A DNA stretch of 64,000 nt from Armatimonadota bacterium (GCA_037445735.1 JBBIJY010000007.1:41701-105700), one strand, 5' to 3'; positions 1 to 11,542 are shown, numbered from the stretch's first letter. The notes: generated by a model not told the origin, from the letters alone. Program-made: numbers and translations.

Positions 1-2041
<2,041 letters not shown>

Positions 2042-2162
2042 AGTGTGCCACCTCTTAATACGCTCGGTTCGGGCGTCGCGGTTTCCCGCGCGGCTCCCTG
2101 CCACCCCCGCTCAGTCCCTGCACGCCGTCAGATTCAACGCAGGTCGCCCACCCTCCTGCCCT

Positions 2163-2577
2163 CTACTCCCTCACAACGCGATTCGCACGGAACCGCTCAC
2201 TGAGCCAACGCAGCGCGTCTTTGAGTTCATCGGGCAGCGCATCGAGGCGATAGGGCTTGACCTCCATCAGCGGCTCGTAATCGCCCAGCGGACGCAAGGT
2301 GGAGTTAAAGGGGAGCTGCACGGTATGTCTCCCTTCAATCTCCACCTTGAGGGTGGCGGGCTTGAAGCGAACGGGCAACAGCGAAAACTCCCGCTGGATC
2401 CCCTGCTTCTCAAGCGAGGCGATCTGGTACGCCAGATGGGCGAGGCTGACGAAGCCACCCCAGACCCCTGCCTGCCGATAGAGAAACACCCCATAGCGGA
2501 TTATCTCTTAGCGCGCAGGCAACTGTCCAGCACAGGCAAGCGCCAGCAGCGATTCCTATGCGTCGGGCACATCGCAT
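2163..2577 (-). pseudogene. Hypothetical secreted protein, possibly frameshifted
   Basis: ATG 2577 has a GAGGTG RBS and a signal-peptide-like start but stops after 55 aa; the protein-like remainder (2163-2489) is in another frame. Confidence 0.35.
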
Positions 2578-2633
2578 TGCAATCACCTCGTAGCGGATTC
2601 TTTCGCGGTAGTGAAGGGGTGTCCTGCCATTTT

Positions 2634-3083
2634 TCAGCGTCCGGTGTGCCCGAATCCGCCCTCGCCGCGCTCGGTGGGGGGTAGCTGCTCGGTTTCGTCC
2701 CACTCGATTCGGGCGACGGGCGCGACCACCAGCTGGGCGATGCGGTCGCCCCGGCGGATGGTGAACGGCTCGCTGCCCCAGTTGATGAGGATCACGCCGA
2801 TCTCGCCCCGATAGTCGCTGTCGATGGTGCCAGGGCTGTTGACCATGCCGATGCCGTGCTGGAGCGCCAGCCCGCTGCGGGGTCGCACCTGCGCCTCGTA
2901 GCCCGGCGGGAGCGCGATATGTATCCCCGTGGGGATCAGCCGCCGCTCGCCTGGCATCAGCACCACAGGCTCATCGACAGCGGCATATAGATCGACCCCT
3001 GCCGAGCCGGAGGTGCGATAACCCGGCAGGGGCAGGTCGCGCGCCGCTGGCGAACGCCAGATGGCGACACGAACACGGCTCAT
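2634..3083 (-). CDS. dut: dUTP diphosphatase
   Basis: [24 protein letters not shown] and [10 protein letters not shown] motifs. Confidence 0.97.
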   Translation of the reverse strand: MSRVRVAIWRSPAARDLPLPGYRTSGSAGVDLYAAVDEPVVLMPGERRLIPTGIHIALPPGYEAQVRPRSGLALQHGIGMVNSPGTIDSDYRGEIGVILINWGSEPFTIRRGDRIAQLVVAPVARIEWDETEQLPPTERGEGGFGHTGR

Positions 3084-4804
3084 TTCTCAACCTGCTCCTT
3101 GCCCTCCTTGACAGCAGGCGGGATCTTCGGCAGGCGCACATAGAAGGTGGAGCCGACACCGACCTCGCTCTCCACCCAGATTTGCCCGCCATGAATCACC
3201 TCCACCAGGTGCTTCACCAGATACAGCCCCAGACCCGTGCCATACTGCTTGCGCGTGTCGCTGGTGTCCACCCGATGGAACTTCTCGAACACCTTCGTCA
3301 GGTGTTCCTTCGGGATGCCCATGCCCTGGTCGGACACATAGAAGATAATATGGTCGGGGTCTTCCTCCCAGGCTTTGACGCGAATCTCGCCCCCGTTCGG
3401 CGAGTATTTGATGGCGTTGCTGAGCAGGTTGGTGAGAATCTGGTCGAGCTTGTCTTCATCGGCAATAATGCGCGGCAGGTCGGGCGGCACATCATGCACG
3501 ATTACATGCTTGTTGGTGGCTGCCCGCTGGATGGTGACCACCTTCTGCGACAGTTTGTAGAAGTCGACCTCTTTGTAGACGGGCTTGAGCGATTCGCCCG
3601 CCTCGATTCGGGCGATATTCAGCAGGTCGTTGATGAGGCGGGTGAGGCGGTCGGTCTCCTGATCGATAATGGTGTAGAACTCGCGCCGCTCTTCGGGGGA
3701 GAAGGCGTCTTCGGGATCCATCAGCAGGGTGGAGATGAAGCCCTTGATGGCGGTCAGCGGCGTGCGCAGCTCGTGGGAGACGGTCGCCACAAATGCCGAC
3801 TTCATCCGCTCCAGATTGCGAATCTCGGTGATGTCATTAAAGATCATCACCGTGCCCATCGGCTTCTGGTCTTCGCCGCGCACGATGGCGTTCTGCACCT
3901 GATAGATATGCTCCTTGCCATCGAGCTGCACGGTGAGTTCGATCAGTTCGCCCTCCCGCTCTTCTTCGATAGCGGCGCGGATCATGCTGCGGATGGTCTC
4001 GTTCGGGATAATTTCCTGATAGGGCTTGCCCAGCACATCGGGACCCAGCCCGAAGATGAAGCGGGCAGCAGCGTTCATCTGGTTGATGCGCCCGTTCTGG
4101 TTGACCAGCAGCAGCCCTGCGCGCAGGCTCTCGATGGTGTGAACCAGTTCCTCCTTTTCTTCGAGGATTGCCTGATAGAGTCGCATGCCCGCGATGACGG
4201 CGGCGGCGTTGCGTGCCATGCGCTCCAGCAGGCGCACATCTTCATCGATGAAATGTCCGCCGCGCATCTTGTTAAAGGCGTGTAGCACGCCAATTGTCTG
4301 GCGGTCGATGACACGGTTCTCTTCGTCGCGTTTTTCTAAAATCAGGGGCACGCACACGAGGTTGCGGATGTGGAACAGGGCGACATTCTCCTTGAGCGTG
4401 CGCGGGTCGCTGATGGCGTCATGCACGATAATCGGCTTGCCTTCACGGAACACTTCGCCGGAGACGCCCTGCGTGGCGCGCACGCGCAGCAGGCGCAATT
4501 CGTCGTCGCTGATGCCGTAGGCAGGCGGGTAGGCGCGCAGCTCGCCCTCCTCTGGATCGTAGAGCATAAAGACGACCTTCTCGGCTTGCAGGATGGCGCC
4601 GATCTGGCGCACCAGTCGGCGCAGCGTTGCCTCGTAGTTGGCGGGGCTGGCGACCTCCGCGGCGACCACATCGGGCGCGGCGCCACGCCCGCCGTTCCTC
4701 AACTGGCTCTCCAGTTCGCGCAATCGCGCCTGTGCCTGTTCACACTCCGTTTTGAGCTGGTTATATTGCTGCAATAGCTCCCGATAGGCTTGCTCCCAGT
4801 TCAT
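3080..4804 (-). CDS. Cytoplasmic sensor histidine kinase (coiled coil-GAF-PAS-HisKA-HATPase)
   Basis: [12 protein letters not shown]-box, [11 protein letters not shown]-box, GTGLGL G-box; GAF-like LVCVPL...IGVL; start taken at ATG 4804. Confidence 0.9.
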   Translation of the reverse strand: MNWEQAYRELLQQYNQLKTECEQAQARLRELESQLRNGGRGAAPDVVAAEVASPANYEATLRRLVRQIGAILQAEKVVFMLYDPEEGELRAYPPAYGISDDELRLLRVRATQGVSGEVFREGKPIIVHDAISDPRTLKENVALFHIRNLVCVPLILEKRDEENRVIDRQTIGVLHAFNKMRGGHFIDEDVRLLERMARNAAAVIAGMRLYQAILEEKEELVHTIESLRAGLLLVNQNGRINQMNAAARFIFGLGPDVLGKPYQEIIPNETIRSMIRAAIEEEREGELIELTVQLDGKEHIYQVQNAIVRGEDQKPMGTVMIFNDITEIRNLERMKSAFVATVSHELRTPLTAIKGFISTLLMDPEDAFSPEERREFYTIIDQETDRLTRLINDLLNIARIEAGESLKPVYKEVDFYKLSQKVVTIQRAATNKHVIVHDVPPDLPRIIADEDKLDQILTNLLSNAIKYSPNGGEIRVKAWEEDPDHIIFYVSDQGMGIPKEHLTKVFEKFHRVDTSDTRKQYGTGLGLYLVKHLVEVIHGGQIWVESEVGVGSTFYVRLPKIPPAVKEGKEQVEK

Positions 4805-4901
4805 CGTTCGCCTCACTGTCGTTGGTCTGGAATGACTCACTCGGACACGGCTCTATTATAGCCCATTCAGGCGGGGTAATCGAACCCGCTGATGTGTCGA
4901 T

Positions 4902-5702
4902 TTAGACGGAGCTGGGGGGTGGCGTGTTCCCCCGCTGATCGGTGAGAAAGAGCGGACGGATGAGTTCGATGGGGATGGGGAACACGACGGTGGAGTTGCG
5001 TTCGCTGGCGATTTCGACAAGCGTCTGCAGGTAGCGCAGCTGGAGCGCAGCGGGCTGCTGGGCAATCCGCTCAGCTGCCTGCACCAGCCGCTCCGCCGCC
5101 TGATACTCACCCTCGGCGGCAATCACCTTCGCGCGGCGCTCGCGCTCGCTCTCCGCCTGCTTCGCCAGCGCCCGCTTCATCTCCTCCGGCAGAGTCACAT
5201 CGCGCACCTCCACGCTGGTGACCTTCACCCCGAACGCCTCCGTCTGCTCATCGATGATGCTCTGCAGCTGCTGATTGATTTTATCGCGCCGCGCCAGCAG
5301 GTCATCCAGCTCCGCCTGACCAATCACGCTGCGCAGGGTGGTCTGCGCAATCAGACTGGAAGTCTGGATATAATCGGTGATCTGCACCACCGCGTCTTTG
5401 GGGTTGACCACCTTGAAAAGCACCACCGCATCCACCGTGACCGACACATTATCTTTGGTCACGGCTTCCTGGCGCGGCACATTCATCGTGACGATGCGCG
5501 TGTCGACGATGCGGGCAACATCGATAATCGGGATGAGAAAGATCAGCCCGGGCCCTTTGACCGCCTGAAAGCGTCCCAGTCGCAGCACCACCGCGCGCTC
5601 CCACTCGGGCAGCACGCGCAGCGATGCCCGCAACAGCACAATCAAGAAGATGATGATCGCTACAATCACCGTCGCTGTCTGATTTTCCAGCAATCGTTCC
5701 AT
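4902..5702 (-). CDS. SPFH/band 7 (stomatin-like) protein
   Basis: N-terminal TM, ERAVVLRLGR, TKDNVSVTVDAV, ALQLRYLQTL. Confidence 0.93.
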   Translation of the reverse strand: MERLLENQTATVIVAIIIFLIVLLRASLRVLPEWERAVVLRLGRFQAVKGPGLIFLIPIIDVARIVDTRIVTMNVPRQEAVTKDNVSVTVDAVVLFKVVNPKDAVVQITDYIQTSSLIAQTTLRSVIGQAELDDLLARRDKINQQLQSIIDEQTEAFGVKVTSVEVRDVTLPEEMKRALAKQAESERERRAKVIAAEGEYQAAERLVQAAERIAQQPAALQLRYLQTLVEIASERNSTVVFPIPIELIRPLFLTDQRGNTPPPSSV

Positions 5703-5818
5703 CGGTCCCTCTCCTGTCCCCGCACCACAGGGACGGTAGACAGTATACCCCCTGCAGGAACTCTTCGTGCGAGGGGGTATACTCTATCGGTTTCAACACT
5801 CGGAGGAGGTTCTGAACG

Positions 5819-6340
5819 ATGGCGGAATTGCTGGCGGCGCAGCTGGTGCGCGATATACCGAACTTTCCGGAGCCGGGCATCATCTTCAAGGACATCACGC
5901 CCGTGCTGAAGCATCCACAGGCGTTGCGGGAGGTGATTGATCTGATGACCGAGCATGCCCGCTCGCTGAAGCCCGATGTGGTGGCGGGCATCGAGTCGCG
6001 CGGCTTCGTGTTCGGGCTGCCGATAGCGGTCAATCTGGGACTGGGTTTTGTGCCTATCCGCAAGCTGGGCAAGTTGCCGGGCGAGAAAATCTCCGAAGAA
6101 TATGCGCTGGAGTATGGCACGAACACTGTCGAGATTCATGTGGATGCGATCGAGCCGGGTCAGCGCGTGGTGGTGGTGGATGACCTGCTGGCGACGGGCG
6201 GCACAGCAGCGGCATCGGCACGGCTCATTGAACGGCTTCAGGGCACTGTCGCGGGCTTCGTGTTCCTGATCGAACTCACCTTTCTTGGCGGGCGCAAGAA
6301 CCTGCGCGGCTACGATGTGCGCACGCTGATCCAGTATTGA
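5819..6340 (+). CDS. apt: Adenine phosphoribosyltransferase
   Basis: FPEPGIIFKDIT, RKLGKLPG, VDDLLATGGT PRPP motif; GGAGG RBS. Confidence 0.96.
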   Translation: MAELLAAQLVRDIPNFPEPGIIFKDITPVLKHPQALREVIDLMTEHARSLKPDVVAGIESRGFVFGLPIAVNLGLGFVPIRKLGKLPGEKISEEYALEYGTNTVEIHVDAIEPGQRVVVVDDLLATGGTAAASARLIERLQGTVAGFVFLIELTFLGGRKNLRGYDVRTLIQY

Positions 6341-6343
6341 GCC

Positions 6344-7390
6344 ATGACCATTCGGGAGCGTCTGGAGCAACTGGAGCGCGAGCTGCTGGCGCCGTACGCT
6401 GCCCGAAGCGCCGAATCGCGCGGGCGCCCCGTCCCGGAGCCGCCCGACCCCGTGCGCACCGCCTTCCAGCGCGACCGCGACCGCATCATCCATTGCAAAG
6501 CCTTCCGACGCCTCAAGCACAAAACACAGGTGTTTTTGGACCCTGAAGAGGACCACTACCGCACACGCCTGACCCACACGCTGGAAGTGGCACAAATCGC
6601 CCGCACCATCAGTCGCGCCCTGCGCCTGAACGAGGACCTCACCGAAGCCATCGCGCTGGCGCACGACCTGGGACACCCGCCCTTCGGACATACGGGCGAG
6701 GAAGCGCTCGACGAAATCGTGCGCCGCTACCTGCCCGAGCGCCGATTCCGCCACTACGAGCAGAGCCTGCGCGTGGTCGATGTGCTGGAAAAAGAGGGGC
6801 AGGGTCTGAACCTCACCCACGAGGTGCGCGAGGGCATCGTGGGACACTCCAAAGGGCGGGCGGATCTGAGCCACGCCGAAAGCGAGAAGACCACCACCCT
6901 CGAAGCGACCGTCGTGCGCATCGCCGACCGAATCGCTTACCTCAATCACGATCTGGACGACGGCATGCGCGCTGGACTGCTCACACCCGACGACCTGCCG
7001 CGCGACTTAATCGACTTTCTGGGTCAGACGCACAGTCAACGCATCGCCCGCATGGTGATGGATGTGGTCGAACAGAGCGACGGCAAGCCGGTTGTCCAGC
7101 TCAGCGCCGCCATGCTGGAGGCGATGAACCGCATGAAGGAGTTCATGTTTGAGAACCTCTATCACCATCCGCGCGTGACGGCTGAGCGGGAGAAGATGCG
7201 CACCATGATTCAGCAGCTATTCACCTACTATCTGGATCATCCCGACGCTCTGCCCGCCAACTTCCGCCCCGCCGAGCCGACGCTCGAAGCGCTGGTGCAG
7301 GCGGTGTGCGACTACATCGCCGGCATGACCGATCGCTACGCCATCCAGCGCTACATCCAGCTCTTCCTGCCCCGCAACTGGGGTGGATAG
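6344..7390 (+). CDS. dgt: dGTP triphosphohydrolase (HD domain, short type)
   Basis: FQRDRDRI, FRRLKHKTQVF, RTRLTH, HDLGHPPFGH, DYIAGMTD. Confidence 0.94.
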   Translation: MTIRERLEQLERELLAPYAARSAESRGRPVPEPPDPVRTAFQRDRDRIIHCKAFRRLKHKTQVFLDPEEDHYRTRLTHTLEVAQIARTISRALRLNEDLTEAIALAHDLGHPPFGHTGEEALDEIVRRYLPERRFRHYEQSLRVVDVLEKEGQGLNLTHEVREGIVGHSKGRADLSHAESEKTTTLEATVVRIADRIAYLNHDLDDGMRAGLLTPDDLPRDLIDFLGQTHSQRIARMVMDVVEQSDGKPVVQLSAAMLEAMNRMKEFMFENLYHHPRVTAEREKMRTMIQQLFTYYLDHPDALPANFRPAEPTLEALVQAVCDYIAGMTDRYAIQRYIQLFLPRNWGG

Positions 7391-7408
7391 GGGGTACCTT
7401 CTATCACG

Positions 7409-8191
7409 ATGAGAGGCTCCAGCAAACCCCAAAAGTGGGCGGAACTTATTGAGGCAATTATGCAGGCGAATGATGGCGTTGCCTCGCTGGAGCAACTTTA
7501 TCAACAGGCTCCGCGCTATCGCCGTTCAATACCCGCAGGCGACTGGCAAAAGACGCTGCGGGGTGTGCTGTATCGCGAGGTGCGGCGTGGGCGGTTCGTG
7601 AAGGTCGGTCTGGGAGTCTACGCGCTGCCCGACCACGCCATCGATGACAGCACTGCCTACGCCCACGCGCTCAAAGGCAGAAGCGCCGATGCCTATCTGA
7701 GCCAGATTAGGAATAAGGATATCCACAGCGCGATGGAGGGCATGCTCATCGAAATCGGCAACTACCTGGAGTATCAGACCTACACGAGCGACCGCAATCG
7801 CTCTTTTGATGGCAAACGGTTAGGTGATCTGTGCCATCTCCAGGAGGTTCCGCCGTTCACCTATCCAGAACTGCAGCAAAAGGCGGCACGCTGCGATGTC
7901 ATCTGGTTCGGTCGCGGGCAGAGACCCTTTCCCAAGTTCATTTATGAGGTGGAAGCCACTACCAGCTTTGTCAACTCGATGCATAAGATGTATCAGCTGA
8001 GGGACATCGACACGCGCTTTGTGCTGGTTGCACCGGAAAGCAGGCGTGCCCAGTTTGAGCAGCGCCTGCAGGATGAGCCTTTTGCCGAAGTGCGCCATCG
8101 ATATGCCTTTCGCTCCTTTGAGCAGGTAGCACGGTTTTACTTCAACTGCGTGGAGCATTATGAGCTGCGCTGGCGCTTTCTGACCGAGTAG
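7409..8191 (+). CDS. Winged-HTH plus PD-(D/E)xK-like nuclease-fold hypothetical protein
   Basis: N-terminal wHTH-like segment ending FVKVGLGVYAL; C-terminal CDVIWF...YEVEATT resembles a restriction-endonuclease core; more AT-rich codons than neighbours. Confidence 0.6.
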   Translation: MRGSSKPQKWAELIEAIMQANDGVASLEQLYQQAPRYRRSIPAGDWQKTLRGVLYREVRRGRFVKVGLGVYALPDHAIDDSTAYAHALKGRSADAYLSQIRNKDIHSAMEGMLIEIGNYLEYQTYTSDRNRSFDGKRLGDLCHLQEVPPFTYPELQQKAARCDVIWFGRGQRPFPKFIYEVEATTSFVNSMHKMYQLRDIDTRFVLVAPESRRAQFEQRLQDEPFAEVRHRYAFRSFEQVARFYFNCVEHYELRWRFLTE

Positions 8192-8196
8192 CGGCG

Positions 8197-8225
8197 CTCT
8201 GGCAATCTGGGCTTGATGCCGATAA
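8197..8225 (+). promoter_or_regulatory. Putative sigma28-type promoter
   Basis: CTCTGG-N15-GCCGATAA upstream of the DUF444 gene. Confidence 0.5.
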
Positions 8226-8289
8226 TCGTTGCAAGGAGCGGTGAAACCTTCGGCGGCTCGAAGGGGTACTCTTTAATGGGGGCGTTAAT

Positions 8290-9462
8290 ATGCAAGAGCG
8301 CACACAGGGCTTCTGGCTGTCGACCGACTCGTGGGATTTGCACCGTCGCGCCGAGAAGGATCGGCTGCGCCATAACGAGAAGGTCAAAGAGGTCATCCGC
8401 GAGAATCTGGGCGAGATCATTGCCCAGCAGGACATCATCACGGCGGAAGACGGCAAAATCATCAAAATCCCGATTCGGGGGCTGGAGCTGCCCCACATTC
8501 GGTTCGACCCGCACGGCAAGAAGGGCGTCGGGCAGGGTCAGGGCGGCAGTCAGCCTGGCGATGTGATCGGGCGGTCAGGTCAGCCCGGGCAGGGCGCAGG
8601 CAAGCAGGCGGGCACGGAACCAGGTGTCGACTTCTACGAAGCCGAGTTCACCATCGAAGAGCTGGTGCAGCTGGTGTTCGAAGACCTGCACCTGCCCAAC
8701 CTGCGCGAGAAGGGCACCAAAGATATTCTGGCGGATCAGGTGCGGTTCGATACCATTGCGCGGCGCGGTCCCGCTGCCAATCTCGACCGCAAGCGCACGC
8801 TGATTGAAGCCTGGAAACGCAACGCGCGCGAAGGACGCCCCGGCTGGGAGATCCGTGAGGAAGATAAACGCTTCAAAAGCTGGGAGATTGTGCCTGAAAA
8901 GCAGCGCAACGCGGTGGTGATCGCCATGCGCGATGTGTCGGGCAGTATGGGCGAGTTCGAAGCCTACATCGCCCGCAGCTTCTACTACTGGATGGTACGC
9001 TTCCTGCGTACCAAGTACACCGCCACCGAAATTGTGTTCATCACCTGCCACACGGAGGCAACAGAGGTGGACGAACACGCCTTCTTCGCAGCGGGCGATT
9101 CGGGTGGCACGCGCCTCTCTGCCGCCTACAAACTCGCGCTCGACATCATCGAAAAGCGCTACAACCCGCGCGAGTGGAACATCTACCCCTTTATGTTCTC
9201 TGACGGCTACAACTGGGGCGACCACGAGGTGGTGGAGTATATGCGCCGCCTGGTGGAGTACTCGAATCTTGTCGGCTACGGCGAGATTGCCAACGACCTG
9301 TGGGGTCAGTCGGGCGGGCTGGCACCGCTGGGACAGTCGCTCACCGAAGCGTTTGGCGACGACCCGCGCGTGGTCATCGTCAAAATCACCTCTAAAGAGG
9401 ATGTGTGGCCTGCGCTCAAACGCTTCTTCAGCAAGCACCCGGAGGTGGAAGCGTTGCAGTAG
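8290..9462 (+). CDS. YhbH/YeaH (DUF444) vWA-like protein
   Basis: DRLRHNEKVKEVIRENL, Gly-rich GQGQGG segment, MRDVSGSM, FSDGYNW. Confidence 0.9.
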   Translation: MQERTQGFWLSTDSWDLHRRAEKDRLRHNEKVKEVIRENLGEIIAQQDIITAEDGKIIKIPIRGLELPHIRFDPHGKKGVGQGQGGSQPGDVIGRSGQPGQGAGKQAGTEPGVDFYEAEFTIEELVQLVFEDLHLPNLREKGTKDILADQVRFDTIARRGPAANLDRKRTLIEAWKRNAREGRPGWEIREEDKRFKSWEIVPEKQRNAVVIAMRDVSGSMGEFEAYIARSFYYWMVRFLRTKYTATEIVFITCHTEATEVDEHAFFAAGDSGGTRLSAAYKLALDIIEKRYNPREWNIYPFMFSDGYNWGDHEVVEYMRRLVEYSNLVGYGEIANDLWGQSGGLAPLGQSLTEAFGDDPRVVIVKITSKEDVWPALKRFFSKHPEVEALQ

Positions 9463-9528
9463 GCGCAGGCAACGGCGTTCACCTCTTGACAAAAGGGTAT
9501 CGGCAGTAGGGTATACTATTAGCGTCGC

Positions 9529-9604
9529 GCGCCCGTAGCTCAGAGGATAGAGCGCAAGGTTGCGGACCTTGAGGACGGGGGTTCGAGTCCCTCCGGGCGC
9601 GCCA
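9529..9604 (+). tRNA. tRNA-Arg (anticodon GCG)
   Basis: GCGCCCG/CGGGCGC acceptor stem, CAAGG-TTGCGGA-CCTTG anticodon arm, TTCGAGT T-loop, encoded CCA. Confidence 0.93.
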
Positions 9605-9611
9605 GCCGTGC

Positions 9612-9687
9612 GCCCTCGTAGCTCAGTGGATAGAGCGCCTCCGTCCTAAGGAGGGCGTCGGGGGTTCGAATCCCTCCGAGGGCGCCA
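9612..9687 (+). tRNA. tRNA-Arg (anticodon CCT)
   Basis: GCCCTCG/CGAGGGC acceptor stem, CCTCC-GTCCTAA-GGAGG anticodon arm, TTCGAAT, CCA. Confidence 0.92.
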
Positions 9688-9702
9688 GAACCCACCTCAT
9701 AG

Positions 9703-9795
9703 GGAGAGGTGCCGGAGCGGTTGAACGGGCCCGACTCGAAATCGGGAATCCTCCCACAAGGGGGATCGTGGGTTCGAATCCCACCCTCTCCGCCA
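9703..9795 (+). tRNA. tRNA-Ser (anticodon CGA)
   Basis: GGAGAGG/CCTCTCC acceptor stem, CCCGA-CTCGAAA-TCGGG anticodon arm, long variable arm, CCA. Confidence 0.95.
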
Positions 9796-10392
9796 TCAAA
9801 CAGGCTCCTGAACCGCAAATATCTGAGCGGGCGCCAACGCCAGATTGGAGAATATACGCGAGGGGATTGCCTCATCCCCTTTGACGGGCTTTTGCCAGTC
9901 CCAGCCCTGTTCACCCCGAAGCAGAACCATTACCTGCGGTGGATTCAGCATCACCAGCCAGGCTTCGCGAACCCCGATGCGGTAATGGTCGTCCAGCTTC
10001 TCCATCAGGTAGGCGAAGGCCTCGTTCGGTGCGACCACCTCCACCACCAGATCAGGTGGAACCTCCAGCCGATTGGTGGCGAGCAGGCTCTCTGGCGTTC
10101 CCAGCCGCTCCCAGCTCACAAATAACAGATCTGGCTGACGGATTTTGAGCGGTTCTGTTTGAATCACCACATCAAAAGGCGCTATGAGGGCAACTCCGAG
10201 TTGGGTGAGATGCTCCACTTTCTCAAACAGCAGGCGATAGAGCCTGCCCAGCACCAGCTGATACTCCGCCGTCGGACCTGGAAACGCGATCACCTCGCCC
10301 TCAACGATTTCCTGGCGCTGCATCGATTCGGGCAGCTGCCGATACTGCTCCCATGTTAGCCGCTGTTTATCGAGTGGCTTTGCAACCGCCAT
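9796..10392 (-). CDS. Uma2 family (DUF820) endonuclease-fold protein
   Basis: LTWEQY, EIVEGEV, RQPDLLFV, PPDLVVEVVAP, YRIGVREAWLV. Confidence 0.9.
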   Translation of the reverse strand: MAVAKPLDKQRLTWEQYRQLPESMQRQEIVEGEVIAFPGPTAEYQLVLGRLYRLLFEKVEHLTQLGVALIAPFDVVIQTEPLKIRQPDLLFVSWERLGTPESLLATNRLEVPPDLVVEVVAPNEAFAYLMEKLDDHYRIGVREAWLVMLNPPQVMVLLRGEQGWDWQKPVKGDEAIPSRIFSNLALAPAQIFAVQEPV

Positions 10393-10468
10393 ACCGATCG
10401 CCTCTCAACAAAGGATAGCATACTGGCTTGCTACTGCCAGCGTCAGGTATCTTTTAGAGAGCCGAGCG

Positions 10469-11290
10469 ATGCAATGGACTGATACACATTGCCATCTCAA
10501 TCACGAGCAGCTGTTTTCGGAGTGGGAGGCGGTTCTTTTTCGTGCGCAGCAGTTGGGCGTGGCGCGACTGATCGTGATTGGTTACGACCTGCCCAGCAGT
10601 GAGCGCGCCGTCCAGCTTGCCGGGCGGTCGCCCGCGCTGTGGGCAGCGGTCGGCATCCATCCGCACGACGCGCCTGCCTGCACGCCCGACGCCCTCGAAC
10701 GGCTGCGCGCGCTGAGTCAGCACCCGCGCGTGGTCGCAATCGGGGAAATCGGGCTCGATTTTTACCGTGATTGGTCGCCCCGCGAGGCACAATACGAGGC
10801 GCTTCACGCGCAACTGACGCTGGCGCAGGAGCACGGGCTGCCCGTGATCATTCACTGCCGTGAGGCGTATGACCCGCTGCTGCAGGTGCTGTCGGAATAT
10901 CCGCCGGTGCGCGGCGTGTTGCACTGCTTTTCGGGCACGGCGGCGCATGCCGAACGCGCGCTAACGATGGGCTACTATCTGGGTATCGGCGGCGTGATCA
11001 CCTTCAAAAACGCCGAGTCGCTGCGAGCGATTGCGCGCTCCATGCCGCGCGACCGCCTGCTGTTAGAAACCGATGCGCCCTATCTGGCGCCCCATCCCTA
11101 TCGGGGCAAGCGCAACGAACCCGCCTACCTGCCCCTGATTGCCCACCGTGTCGCGGAACTCTGGAGCATGCCGCTGGACGAGTTGTCGACGCAGACCGAG
11201 GCGAATGTGGACGCCTTTCTCTCAAAAACCCCCCTGAAAATTTCGGGGCAACCTGCCGATAATCGAGAGTGGCGACAGGGTACAGGTTGA
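10469..11290 (+). CDS. tatD: TatD family deoxyribonuclease
   Basis: DTHCHL, GIHPH, AIGEIGLD, IHCREA, LHCF, ETDAPYL. Confidence 0.95.
   Translation: MQWTDTHCHLNHEQLFSEWEAVLFRAQQLGVARLIVIGYDLPSSERAVQLAGRSPALWAAVGIHPHDAPACTPDALERLRALSQHPRVVAIGEIGLDFYRDWSPREAQYEALHAQLTLAQEHGLPVIIHCREAYDPLLQVLSEYPPVRGVLHCFSGTAAHAERALTMGYYLGIGGVITFKNAESLRAIARSMPRDRLLLETDAPYLAPHPYRGKRNEPAYLPLIAHRVAELWSMPLDELSTQTEANVDAFLSKTPLKISGQPADNREWRQGTG
11234..11262 (+). promoter_or_regulatory. Putative sigma28-type promoter inside the 3' end of tatD
   Basis: CTGAAA-N15-GCCGATAA. Confidence 0.6.
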
Positions 11291-11374
11291 CCAGAGAACC
11301 TCCTGCTAAACTTGGTCGCACCTCCCCTACCCCGGAGAGAGGCGGGCTCCTCCCCACCCGCCTCTCACTTTTTT
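11269..11374 (+). ncRNA. Candidate sigma28-dependent sRNA
   Basis: Lies between the sigma28 box and an intrinsic terminator; carries three C-rich anti-SD-like motifs. Confidence 0.5.
11337..11374 (+). terminator. Rho-independent terminator
   Basis: GAGAGGCGGG/CCCGCCTCTC stem followed by ACTTTTTT. Confidence 0.85.
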
Positions 11375-11375
11375 A

Positions 11376-11411
11376 TAAAAAGCCCCCTGCGGAAAAGCGT
11401 CCCGCAGGGGG
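11376..11411 (-). terminator. Rho-independent terminator on the minus strand
   Basis: CCCCCTGCGG/CCGCAGGGGG stem followed by CTTTTT on the minus strand. Confidence 0.8.
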
Positions 11412-11542
11412 TGTGTGGCGGTGGCGCTGGACGGTGCTGATGAGAGCCGTTTCAACTACTCCGCCACCGCGGTTGCCACTCGCCATCTCGGGGCTTGACC
11501 CCGCTGCTGAGGGTATCGTGCCACTTTCGCCCGCCCGGCACT
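11376..11542 (-). ncRNA. Candidate structured ncRNA (possibly 6S-like) or 37-aa small ORF
   Basis: Extensive self-complementarity (GCGGTGGCG/CGCCACCGC, GTGCC/GGCAC, GGGG/CCCC) and its own terminator; no annotated gene feeds that terminator. Confidence 0.45.

Noticed and set aside
9486-9517. TTGACA...TATACT sigma70 promoter for the tRNA cluster
   Set aside because: The spacer is 20 nt, too long for a canonical pair; only the GGTATACT -10 is credible.
11428-11455. CTGATGAG suggesting a hammerhead ribozyme
   Set aside because: No correctly placed stem II-GAAA and cleavage triplet could be built.
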